Assembly (NCBI GenBank): GCA_965223415.1
Contig: OZ245002.1
Span: forward strand, 2,496,001 to 2,560,000
Source: Myxococcota bacterium
Lineage (GTDB): Bacteria > Myxococcota_A > UBA9160 > UBA6930
Length of the DNA: 64,000 nucleotides
Direction of reading: 5' to 3'
The position numbers and the translations under genes are program-made. The notes under the pieces were generated by a model. It saw only the letters and a program-made list of their open reading frames with translations, was not told where the DNA came from and did no database searches. Below, one piece after another: positions 36,791 through 45,353 of this stretch (its first letter is position 1; the number at the start of each line of letters is the position of its first letter).

Positions 36791-37249
36791 CTAGAACCTG
36801 GAGCTGAGCCAGGTCGCATTCCTGGCCAACAGAAAACCCACGAGAACCCTTGCGAGAGGAGACACCAGGTACCCGATGAACGTCGTCGAACTCATCCTCT
36901 CAGGAGCTGACATGGCCATTGAAAATAGAACTACGAACGCAGAGAGAAGCGAAGCAGAGCCTGCAGCCATGAAGAAGATCCCGAGCAGAACGACGCCGAG
37001 GGAGAGCCACTGCGCCCCCGGGGCAACGCTCGGCGGGTTGTGCTCTGGCATGCTGAATGCGACGTAACGCGAGAGCACCAGGAGGACGACTCCTGGAATC
37101 CAGTTGCCAGCTAGCGTGGGCCAGGAGTCCAACAGCATCGACGAGAGGGGCCTCACAAGATCCTCGGACTGGCCCATGACCAAGTAGTAACTGGAAGCCT
37201 CGTGGGCCCATTCGGCGACACCGGACGCAAGAAAGAACAGGCCGAGCAA
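36791..37249 (-). CDS. Cassette-borne membrane protein (start uncertain)
   Basis: Four hydrophobic helices with an internal repeat 'LLG(L/I)FF(L/M)A.G'; lower GC. Confidence 0.65.
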   Translation of the reverse strand: MLGLFFLASGVAEWAHEASSYYLVMGQSEDLVRPLSSMLLDSWPTLAGNWIPGVVLLVLSRYVAFSMPEHNPPSVAPGAQWLSLGVVLLGIFFMAAGSASLLSAFVVLFSMAMSAPERMSSTTFIGYLVSPLARVLVGFLLARNATWLSSRF

Positions 37250-37309
37250 CGCCGTCCCAGTCCGCGCAACTTCGGTCAGCTTGAACCCCCCTTCGCGCCG
37301 CCTTGTACC

Positions 37310-37515
37310 TCTGAGCAGGCTCTTCGGGCCTGAGTGAGACTCCGAGATGGGTTCCCGGGAAAGGCCGTCGCTGCCTGAAGCCAGAGAGCTTGTCCGTTAG
37401 ATGGGCCTCCCGCCCTCGTCACCCATGCCGTGGAGTATCCGAGGCCCGAGAGCCTGCGTCTACAAGGTCCGTAGGTGAATGTGCAGGGTCGGGAGACCCG
37501 GGTCCCAGCTTATCA
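37310..37515 (+). ncRNA. Putative bridge RNA
   Basis: Guides CGCTGCCT (37369), TGTCCGTTAG (37391), GGAGTATC (37432) and TACAAG (37461) match the target and donor ends. RNA boundaries are approximate. Confidence 0.8.
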
Positions 37516-37530
37516 CGGGGAGGAGAGACC

Positions 37531-38526
37531 TTGAAGAAGTGTCATTACGTGGGCGTGGACGTCGGGGCGAAGGAGCTCGTCGTCGCCATCGACCGGAACG
37601 GAACTCGCGAGGGCGGGCTGGTCTTTGCGAACGATCCCAAGGGCCACCAGAGGCTGATTCGGTGGGCCACGAAGGGGAATGCGACGGCGCGCGTCGTCCT
37701 GGAATCGACCGGGGTGTACGGCCTCGACCTCGCGTTCGCGCTTCACCGTGCGAAGGCGTCCCAGGTGATGGTGGCGAACCCGCGGGCCATTGCCGCGTTC
37801 GCCAAGGCATCGCTTCAACGCTCCAAGACGGATGCGCTCGATGCGGAAACGATTCTCGAGTTCGGAATGCGCATGGAGTTTTCCGCCTGGACTCCGCCGG
37901 ACCCCCGAATTCTGGAGGTACGGGCCCTCTCCCGCCGCGTGGAGGCTCTGAGCAAGACCGTGACGCAGGAGAAGAACCGGCTCCATGCCAACGACCAGAG
38001 CGAGGAGCTCAGTGAGTTCGTGAAGCAAGACATCCGCGAACTGATCGAGCTCCTGGAGGGGCGAATCGATCGGCTGCGCAAGCAAGCGTTGAAGGTGATC
38101 GAGCAGAGCCCCGAGCTCGCCAGAGACTTCGGCCACATCACATCGATCAAGGGTATCGCCGACGCAGCCGGCATCCAGTTGCTCGCCGAGCTAGGCACCT
38201 TGCCCAAGGACATGACGACCCGGCAATGGGTCGCGCATGCGGGCCTCGACCCCCGACAGTTTCAATCGGGCACCTCTGTGCACAAGCCAGCTCGCATCAG
38301 CAAGACCGGCAACGCCCACCTTCGCCGCGCACTCTTTCTTCCTGCGATGGTCGCTGCACGCTGGGAACCGAACGTGAAGGCCTTCTACGAGAAGCTGCTC
38401 TCCAAGGGCAAAACCAAGATGCAAGCACTCGTCGCCGTCATGCGGAAGCTGCTCCACGCCATCTACGGCATGCTCCGCCACGACCAGGACTTCCTTGGCG
38501 AGAAATTCTTCGCCACGAAGGGTTGA
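37531..38526 (+). CDS. IS110 recombinase
   Basis: DEDD residues (GVDVG, LEST, KTDALDA) and catalytic QSG; TTG start after GAGGAG. Confidence 0.95.
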   Translation: MKKCHYVGVDVGAKELVVAIDRNGTREGGLVFANDPKGHQRLIRWATKGNATARVVLESTGVYGLDLAFALHRAKASQVMVANPRAIAAFAKASLQRSKTDALDAETILEFGMRMEFSAWTPPDPRILEVRALSRRVEALSKTVTQEKNRLHANDQSEELSEFVKQDIRELIELLEGRIDRLRKQALKVIEQSPELARDFGHITSIKGIADAAGIQLLAELGTLPKDMTTRQWVAHAGLDPRQFQSGTSVHKPARISKTGNAHLRRALFLPAMVAARWEPNVKAFYEKLLSKGKTKMQALVAVMRKLLHAIYGMLRHDQDFLGEKFFATKG

Positions 38527-38543
38527 CGACGAAGGGAGTATCT

Positions 38544-38646
38544 AACGGACAGGCGGCTCAGCTGCTGGGCAGGCCCCGAAGCTCACTGAGGCGCCTGGGT
38601 GGAACCCAAGAGTACCACGCCCCAGTTGGAACGCGCGGTTGCCCGG
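38544..38646 (-). other. attC central and right part (split by three IS)
   Basis: AACGGACAGGCGGCTCAGCTGCTGGGCA...TTGCCCGG continues at 40022 as GTCAGCTGCAGCCGCT. Confidence 0.82.
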
Positions 38647-38724
38647 AGGGTATAGGGAGGTCAGCTCCTTGGAGAACAGCCACCTTGGCTGTGTTCCAAC
38701 AAACACTCCCCAAGGAGACTGACC

Positions 38725-39774
38725 ATGACGACAGAGTACTTCGCTGGGATCGACTTGCATCGCACCGTGATCCAGATCTGCGTGCTGGATGCGCGGGGTG
38801 AGAAGATCGCCGAGGAGAGGATCCGCTCCGAGAGCCTTGAACAGGGCCTCGGGGTCGTGGAGCGGCTGAAGTTCTTCGGACCCCATTGCCGCGTAGCCGT
38901 CGAGGCGTTGGGCCTCAACCGGTGGTTCGTCAACGCCTGCCGAGAGGCGCAGCTCGACGTTCTGGTCTGTGATCCGCGCAAGCTCGACCTGAAGAAGCTC
39001 GGCAAGAAGACGGACCGGCGAGATGCAGCCGAGATTGCACGCCGGCTCTGGCTCGGTGATCTGGATCGGGTGGCAACGACCTACTACCCGAGCGACGAGG
39101 AGTACGGGAGGAGGAAGCTCCTTCGGGTCCGCCACCGCCTCGTCCAGATGCGCCAACAGGCCGTGAACCAGCTCCGGGGCTTCCTGAACGCCTACCGGAT
39201 TCCCGCTCCCACGAGCGCGCTCTATACCAAGCCGAGCCGGGAGAAGCTCCGCACCGTCACCCTGCCGACCCTGGAGATGCAGACCGCCTTCAAGGCCCTG
39301 CTCCAGGTGCTCGATAGCCTGCAGGGCCAGGTGCTGGCTCTCGATCGGGAGATCCGACGGATCGGGCGAGAGGATCCCGACGTCCAGGCCCTCGAGCAGG
39401 AGCTCCCGAGCATCGGGACGCAATCGGCTGCCACGCTGCTCGCCGAGATCGGCGACCCGCACCGATTCCGAGGCCCCCGTGCGGTCTCGGCCTTCGCCGG
39501 CTTCACCCCCAAGGTGAACCAGTCAGCCGACCACGCCCACCACGGCCGCATGACCCGCCAAGGCCAGGCCGAGCTCCGCTGGATCGTCAGCCAATGGGCG
39601 GTTCGCCTGATGAAGGACGACCCGTTGGTTCGTGCCTGGGCGAAGACGATGCGGACCCGCGTCCACAAGAACAAGGTCCGCATGGCCTTGGCTCGCAGAC
39701 TCCTCGTCAGCGTCTGGGTCACGCTCACCCGCGGCGAGGCCTTCGATCTCCGGAGGTGCCTTGGCATGGCGTAG
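38725..39774 (+). CDS. IS110/IS1111 recombinase
   Basis: GIDLH, VEA, KTDRRDA and NQSA; AAGGAG RBS. Confidence 0.94.
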   Translation: MTTEYFAGIDLHRTVIQICVLDARGEKIAEERIRSESLEQGLGVVERLKFFGPHCRVAVEALGLNRWFVNACREAQLDVLVCDPRKLDLKKLGKKTDRRDAAEIARRLWLGDLDRVATTYYPSDEEYGRRKLLRVRHRLVQMRQQAVNQLRGFLNAYRIPAPTSALYTKPSREKLRTVTLPTLEMQTAFKALLQVLDSLQGQVLALDREIRRIGREDPDVQALEQELPSIGTQSAATLLAEIGDPHRFRGPRAVSAFAGFTPKVNQSADHAHHGRMTRQGQAELRWIVSQWAVRLMKDDPLVRAWAKTMRTRVHKNKVRMALARRLLVSVWVTLTRGEAFDLRRCLGMA

Positions 39775-39779
39775 CCCCG

Positions 39780-39995
39780 CTCCCCCAGGACCCCTTCTCG
39801 CTTGTGTTCCAACGAAGACGGTAGGCGGGCAGCTGACTGCGGCCCATGAGCCCTTGGCCCCGATTCACCACCGTCGCCCCGAACCCCTCATTGAGCCCAC
39901 GAGGCCGACAACGCGTTTGGACTGAACCCGAACCCGCAGGGACGCAAGCCGATTCCGTTGGAGGACACCACCAAGACCCACACGTGCTTCGCGAT
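39780..39995 (+). ncRNA. Putative seekRNA/bridge RNA
   Basis: GCAGCTGAC (39829-39837) is the reverse complement of the right flank GTCAGCTGC. CGTTT and CCCTC segments are complementary to the element ends. Confidence 0.65.
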
Positions 39996-40035
39996 CATTG
40001 GAGTTGACACTCCCTAAACGGGTCAGCTGCAGCCG

Positions 40036-40805
40036 CTCCTATGATGCTAGGCATGGTTAGATGAAGCGGCCGGTGAGCAGAGGCACTGCCCACCGGCCTT
40101 TCTCAACCGGAGCGGAAGACCGGTAGCCGTCGGGTCCCTCGTGAGACCGTTAACCAGCTTGGGTCTCCGCTCCACAGCCGCAGCGAAGCTCGAACGATCG
40201 CCTGGGCCTCTTGCGAGAGCCCGTAACCAGGAGCCCGAGTTCGTTGCACCTTGGAGTCTACCATGGGGATGAACGTCGGGATCGACGTCTCGAAACACTC
40301 GCTTGATTGGACCTCAGGAAGCAAGGGGAAGCTTCAGCACACCCGCAACGAGCCGCGGGCCATCGCCCACCTCCTGCGTCGGATGGCCGAGCTCGACCCC
40401 GAGCGCATCGTCGTCGAGTCGACCGGGGGCTACGAGCGCCCGGTGGTCCAGAAGCTCGCCGAGGCGGGACTCCCGGTCGTCGTCGTGAACCCGGTTCGCG
40501 TTCGGCGCTTCGCCGAAGGCCTGGGGCTGCTGGCGAAGACGGACGCGGCAGATGCGCAGGTGCTCGCACTCTACGGCGAGAAGGCCGGGCCGCCGATCCG
40601 GCCGATTCCGATGGGGAGAAGCCGTCTGCTGGCCGATCTCATCGCACGGCGCCGCCAGCTCGTCTCGATCCTGGTGGCCGAGAAGGGTCGGCGGGAAGCG
40701 GCGCCTCGAGCTGCGCAGGCCTCGATCACGAGGATTCTCCGTGCTCTCGAGCGCGAGGTCGACGGCATCGACCAGCGCATCCAGAAGGCGATCGAAGACG
40801 ACCTC
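40036..40805 (+). mobile_element. IS110 element, 3'-truncated by IS21, with 5' bridge-RNA region
   Basis: Starts at the CT after GCAGCCG. Guides GTAGCCG (40123), TAACCAG (40151) and AGGAG (40229). Confidence 0.8.
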
Positions 40806-40835
40806 TGTCGAGGGACGTCATCTCTTGCGCGCTAA
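40263..40835 (+). pseudogene. IS110 recombinase, N-terminal half only
   Basis: GIDVSK, VESTGGYE and KTDAADA; the frame is broken at the IS21 end (40806). Confidence 0.9.
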
Positions 40836-40940
40836 GAGGACGGCTAGTTTTGCGCACCCCCCTGGGTTGATGTTCGGTTCTTCCTTCTTCTCTTCCGCTC
40901 TCCGAAGGAGAGCACGGCCGTCAGGCCGCCCTCTGGGGCC

Positions 40941-41741
40941 TCAACGCTGGGCGCTTTGCCCCGCGGCCTGCTCGAGCTCGCGGAGCCGGTAGCTCCGCCC
41001 CGAGATGTTGAGCACCTGGCTGTGGTGGAGGAGGCGATCGAGGATGGCGGTGGCCAGCACCTCGTCGCCCGCCAGCACCTCGGGCCAGTCGGCGATGCCC
41101 TTGTTCGTGGTGATCAGGATCGAGCCCCTCCCATAGCGGTAGGAGACGAGCCGGAAGAAGAGGCTCGCCTCCTGGCGCGTCATGGGCTCGAAGCCGACCT
41201 CGTCGATGACGAGGAGCGCCACGTTCATGTGCTTGCGCCGCCGCAGCCGTTGCGGGCTGATCTCGGCGTCGCGCTTGAGGGCCGCCAGCAGGTCCTCGAG
41301 GCGATGGAAGGCCACGGAGAAGCCGTTCTCCACGGCCCGCACCCCCAGGGCCACCGCCAGGTGGGTCTTGCCCACTCCCGGCGGACCCTGGATCAGCAGA
41401 CTCTCCTTGGCCCGGATCCACGCGCAGGTGCCCAGCGTCTCGATCCGGCTCCGCTCCACACTCGGCTGGAAGGCGAAGTCGAAGTTGCCGAGGGTCTGCC
41501 CCGTGGGAAGGCCCGAGAGACGGAGCGAGGTCTTCATCCTCCGCTCCTCGCGGTGCTGCAGCTCGGCCTCGAGCAGCAGGTCGAGGAAGCGGTGGGGCAC
41601 GAGGTCGTCCTTGGTCGCTCGGGCCAGCTCCTCGCCGATGTGCTCGGCCGCGTGATGGAGGCCGAGGCGCACGAGCCGCTCGCGGGTCGGGTCGAGATCC
41701 ACCTTGCCGCCCTTCTTGGGCACCGGGTTTCCCGCCGTCAT
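40941..41741 (-). CDS. istB: IS21 helper ATPase
   Basis: GPPGVGKT, LLVIDEVG, ITTNK and ILDRLLH. Confidence 0.95.
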   Translation of the reverse strand: MTAGNPVPKKGGKVDLDPTRERLVRLGLHHAAEHIGEELARATKDDLVPHRFLDLLLEAELQHREERRMKTSLRLSGLPTGQTLGNFDFAFQPSVERSRIETLGTCAWIRAKESLLIQGPPGVGKTHLAVALGVRAVENGFSVAFHRLEDLLAALKRDAEISPQRLRRRKHMNVALLVIDEVGFEPMTRQEASLFFRLVSYRYGRGSILITTNKGIADWPEVLAGDEVLATAILDRLLHHSQVLNISGRSYRLRELEQAAGQSAQR

Positions 41742-43024
41742 CGCGCCACCTCCGCCAGATCGGCATAGAGGTCGATCGGCCGCTGCTCCGGCTCCATCGC
41801 CCACAGCTCCTGGAGGCGTCGACCCATGCGCCCGAGCGGTACGGGCGCCTCCACCCCCTCCGTGCTCGGCCCCTCGTAGTGGCTCGGGTCCAGCAGCAGG
41901 CGGCTTCGCGTGTGGCGCGGGTGCGCGGCCACCACCGAGCCCTCGGCCCAGACCTGCACCTGCCGGGCGCAGCCGCGCACCTCGACGCTCTGCTCGACGA
42001 AGCGGAAGGGGACGCTGTAGGTACGCCCCTCGAAGCGCACCGTGGCGTCGCGCCCGACACGTCGCATCACGGCCAGGTCGAAGGGCTCGGGAAGCCGCTC
42101 GGGCAGGGCCCCGAGATGGGGCTTCTCCGCCTCCCACGCCTGGAAGACCGTCGTGCCCGTCGCCGGGCACTGCCGCCGGTGGCTCGAGCGCGCCACCTGG
42201 CCGTCCGTCCACGCTTGCAGCGACTCCAGGCTCTCGTGCTCCCGCCGACGCGGATCGAAGCCCCGCCGGTGCCCCAGGATCCGACGCTCCACCTTCCCCT
42301 TCTCCTGCGGCTGGCGGGGACGGGTGGCGTCCACGTGGAAGCGAAGGGCCCCGGCATAGCTCGCGTAAGCCGGGTTCACCGTCCCCCATGGCCCCGCCCC
42401 CTTCGCCACCGCTGTCTTCACGTTGTCGACCCGCAGCACCGCCGGCACCCCGCCCAGCCGCTCGAAGGCCCGGTTGTGCACGTCCAGCCACGCCAGCGTG
42501 TCCGCCCGCTCCGACCACACCACCGCTTCTCGCCGCGAGTGCGAGAGCACCAGGTGGAAGGCATGCAGGTCCACCTCCTGGCCCCCGATCCGCACGCCCG
42601 GAAACTCGCCCCAGTCCACCTGACCCTGCGCCCCGGGCGGTGTCTCCACCCGACGCCGGCTCCGCACCTTCGGTCTCGGGAACCGGGCCCGCACGTACCG
42701 CTGCACGCTCTTGGAGCTCCCCGTGTACCCGTGCTCCTCCACCAGGAACTCGTGAAGCTCCTGCAGGTTCACGCCACGGCCTCCCGAGCTCGCCTCCAGC
42801 CACTCCGCGATCACCTCGTGGACCGCCTCGGCCAGGAAGGGCTTCCCGCTCCGGCCGTCTCGCGCCCCCTCCGCCAGCCGCTTCAGCCGGTAGCGCACCG
42901 CGCTCTCCCGGATCCCCAGCTGGCGGGCGATCTCCCGGTTCGAGCACCCCCGCTCGTGCAGCACTTCGATCGTCATCACTTCCTCCTGCCTCAGTCGCCG
43001 CTGCCCCACGCCCCCCTCCCTCAC
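41738..43024 (-). CDS. istA: IS21 transposase
   Basis: HTH, 'ETPPGAQGQVDWG', 'DNVKTAV' and 'KGKVER'. Confidence 0.95.
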   Translation of the reverse strand: MREGGVGQRRLRQEEVMTIEVLHERGCSNREIARQLGIRESAVRYRLKRLAEGARDGRSGKPFLAEAVHEVIAEWLEASSGGRGVNLQELHEFLVEEHGYTGSSKSVQRYVRARFPRPKVRSRRRVETPPGAQGQVDWGEFPGVRIGGQEVDLHAFHLVLSHSRREAVVWSERADTLAWLDVHNRAFERLGGVPAVLRVDNVKTAVAKGAGPWGTVNPAYASYAGALRFHVDATRPRQPQEKGKVERRILGHRRGFDPRRREHESLESLQAWTDGQVARSSHRRQCPATGTTVFQAWEAEKPHLGALPERLPEPFDLAVMRRVGRDATVRFEGRTYSVPFRFVEQSVEVRGCARQVQVWAEGSVVAAHPRHTRSRLLLDPSHYEGPSTEGVEAPVPLGRMGRRLQELWAMEPEQRPIDLYADLAEVAR

Positions 43025-43274
43025 GGGGAACGTGCCGCGCAGCGGCTCAACAGGAGGTGCGCAAATCTACGTGTCCTCTTAGCCCTCGAATATCACGTCC
43101 TGCGACAGTGCCGTCTGGTGCCGCCGCAGTTGTGCGTTCGAGTCCCCACCGCGTTTGCGAAATTGAGAACTGACCCTCAGGCTCGCGGAAGGAGGGTCAC
43201 TCGTAGCTTCCCGCCTAACCGCGAATGCCTGATCCAATAGGCTGAAAGGAATTCGAACCCCCGACCCTTGTATC

Positions 43275-43495
43275 TACTCCACTCACCCGGATCTGGTTCA
43301 ATAGGGTCAGAACGGGTTTCGGGGGAGGGTCGCCGTCCCGACCCAGAGGCATGGTCCTCGTACCTGAGAGAGGCGCCCTCGCCCGATCTCGCAAGCTCGA
43401 ACGGTATCCCGAGGCAGCGGTCTGCCGCTCGTCCTCGCATGCACAAGGAAGAGCACCGAGGTCGGCACCGAGGCTCCCGACGCTCCCGTTCGAGG
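43275..43495 (+). ncRNA. Putative bridge RNA
   Basis: Guides CCCGACCC (43337), ACCTGAG (43362), ACGGTATC (43401) and CACAAG (43442). Confidence 0.78.
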
Positions 43496-43507
43496 AGGAA
43501 GAAGGGG

Positions 43508-44683
43508 ATGCGCTTCGTTGGGATCGACATCGCCTCGGAAACGCACGTCGTCGCGATGGTGGGAGAAGACGGGGGCGTGCTGCTGAAGCCGGTCTCGTTC
43601 CGGGAGGAGGCGGCTGGCTACGCACTGCTGTGGGAGAAGCTGGGAGGCCCCGAGGACACGCTCGTAACGCTCGAGGCAACGGGGCACTACTGGAAGAACC
43701 TGTTCGCGGCGCTTGCGGCGAGGGGTTTTGCCGTGGCGTTGATCAACCCGCTGCGCAGTCGCCGGTTCGCACAAGAAGACTTGGAGCGGACGAAGACCGA
43801 CGCAATCGATGCGCTCGGCCTGGCTCGCTTCGGAGCACAGAAGCGTCCGAGGGTGACTCGCCTTCCGGACGCGGCGACAGAAGAGCTTCGTGAGCTCGTC
43901 CGGCTCCGCGATCGTCTGGTTCAGGACTTCGGGGACTGCACCCGGCGGCTCCACCGCATGGTCGATCTGGGCTTCCCAGAGCTCAAACGGTACGTGAAGC
44001 ACCTCGATAGCCAGCTGTCGACGGGGCTGCTGCGGGAGTACCCCACGGCAAGAGCCTTCCAGGAAGCCTCTGTGGGGCGCGTGGCAAAGCTTCGCTACGA
44101 CGGTCGTCATCGTGTAGGCGATGCGCTCGCGAAGCAGCTCGTCGAGGCTGCGCAGAACTCGGTGGGCGCCCATCATGGCCCGGCCTACCAGGTGCAGGTG
44201 CGTTACCTGTGCGAAGACATGGACGTCTTGCGCAAGAGACTCGGCGACATCGACCGCGACATCGCGGATCAGCTATCCGCGCACGAGGTCGGAAGCTTGC
44301 TGACGACGATCGATGGGATCGGGCCGACGACGGCAGCACGGCTCATCGCGGAGCTCGGTGACCCGGCCGACTTCGCCACGGCCGCAGCCCTCGCCGCCTA
44401 CGTGGGCGTCGTTCCAGGCCTAAAGCAGTCGGGCAAGCGCCAAGGCAAACGCGGGAACCTCTCGCCAATCGGTCACGCGCGGCTACGTCGCGCACTGTGG
44501 ATGCCGACGTTGGTCGCCGTTCGGAAGAACCCCTGGGTGCGGGCCCACTACGAGCGGCTGCGCGACAACGGCAAGCCCGCAAAGGTCGCGCTGATCGCCT
44601 CGACGAGGAAGCTGCTCATCGCGGTTCACGTCGTGGCGAGGACCCGCAAGCCCTTCGTTCCACAGCTAGAGACCAACCCATGA
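43508..44683 (+). CDS. IS110 recombinase
   Basis: GIDIA, LEATGHY, KTDAIDA and KQSG. Confidence 0.95.
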   Translation: MRFVGIDIASETHVVAMVGEDGGVLLKPVSFREEAAGYALLWEKLGGPEDTLVTLEATGHYWKNLFAALAARGFAVALINPLRSRRFAQEDLERTKTDAIDALGLARFGAQKRPRVTRLPDAATEELRELVRLRDRLVQDFGDCTRRLHRMVDLGFPELKRYVKHLDSQLSTGLLREYPTARAFQEASVGRVAKLRYDGRHRVGDALAKQLVEAAQNSVGAHHGPAYQVQVRYLCEDMDVLRKRLGDIDRDIADQLSAHEVGSLLTTIDGIGPTTAARLIAELGDPADFATAAALAAYVGVVPGLKQSGKRQGKRGNLSPIGHARLRRALWMPTLVAVRKNPWVRAHYERLRDNGKPAKVALIASTRKLLIAVHVVARTRKPFVPQLETNP

Positions 44684-44773
44684 ACCGAGAAAACCGGGCC
44701 CAGCCCCTTGCTGAAGATCACGGTATCTCAGGTTCGAAGCCTGGGGGTCGGGGGCTCTCCCACCCCACGCGTC

Positions 44774-45322
44774 CTAGTCGAGGAATGCCCACAAGAGCCG
44801 TCGGCTCCTCGCGTCCAGGCTCCCCGGGCTCGACACCAGGTAGAGATCCCCGGCCACGTCCTTGATCAGGAGGCCGCCGCCGGGCATCTCGCGGGGCCAC
44901 TCGTCCCGGAGGGTCTGGAAGCTGCGCTCGCCCTGGGCCGTGCGCACGCGGAAGGTGCGGATCTCGATCTCCTCGTCCACGTCGAGCACCGCCTGGATCT
45001 CGAGCACGAAGCCCGCCTCGAGCAAGGCCGTGCCCAGCGCCCGCTGGGCCGTGTAGGGGAGGTCGGTGAGGTCGCGCACGAGCGCCACCTCCTCCTCGTC
45101 CCGGTCACGGAGCGAGACGTAGCGCGACGGCTTCGACCAGGGGAAGCAGCGCACGGGCCGCACCGAGCAGGTGCGGTCGGCAGTGCGCGCCCAGAGCTGG
45201 CCGTCGGAGCCACGCCACAGCTCGAGGCCCGCCATCGGGCGCCGCGGAGCCTGGTGCGCCACGGCGCGTCCGCGCCGGCTGGGTGCGAGGGTCTTCGGCT
45301 CTCGTCTCTGCGGGTCGTTCAT
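44774..45322 (-). CDS. DUF1854 domain protein
   Basis: 'VRPVRCFPWSKPSRYVSL' and 'LIKDVAGDLY'; downstream of the ABC transporter. Confidence 0.82.
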   Translation of the reverse strand: MNDPQRREPKTLAPSRRGRAVAHQAPRRPMAGLELWRGSDGQLWARTADRTCSVRPVRCFPWSKPSRYVSLRDRDEEEVALVRDLTDLPYTAQRALGTALLEAGFVLEIQAVLDVDEEIEIRTFRVRTAQGERSFQTLRDEWPREMPGGGLLIKDVAGDLYLVSSPGSLDARSRRLLWAFLD

Positions 45323-45353
45323 GGTTGTCCCTCGTTTCTTTCGTTCGTCTCGT

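Larger units (their letters stand above)
37302..38543 (+). mobile_element. IS110 (IS621-like) element inserted in the attC core site
   Basis: CT core at both ends; left end CTTGTACC, right end GGAGTATCT. The flanks rejoin to GCCGCCTAACGGACA. Confidence 0.9.
38644..40021 (+). mobile_element. IS1111-group element inserted in attC
   Basis: CGG at both ends; subterminal IRs TAGGGAGGTCAGCTCC / GGAGTTGACACTCCCTA; long 3' non-coding region. Confidence 0.88.
40806..43107 (-). mobile_element. IS21-family element
   Basis: Ends TGTCGAGGGACGTCAT and ATCACGTCCTGCGACA with internal repeated motifs; no target duplication. Confidence 0.9.
43267..44728 (+). mobile_element. IS110 element inserted in a tRNA-Arg-like fragment
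   Basis: CT core at both ends; left end CTTGTATC, right end ACGGTATCT. Confidence 0.88.

Noticed and set aside
35521..36792. Target-site duplication for IS481
   Set aside because: The flanks (CGCCGCGC and GGCCCT) do not match, so the ends are assigned from the inverted repeats only.
40941..42947. 668-aa IstA-IstB fusion
   Set aside because: IstB has its own ATG at 41741 overlapping the istA stop; the upstream part is an off-frame read of istA.
43210..43222. CCGCCTAACC as another attC or attI core
   Set aside because: A single 7-mer match with no partner L/R boxes found nearby.
43248..44743. Intact tRNA-Arg gene
   Set aside because: No D-arm or acceptor stem, a degenerate T-stem, and interruption by IS110.
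30862..44750. Integron integrase, prophage or ICE in the accessory region
   Set aside because: No tyrosine recombinase, phage structural or conjugation ORFs; only IS enzymes and cassette genes.
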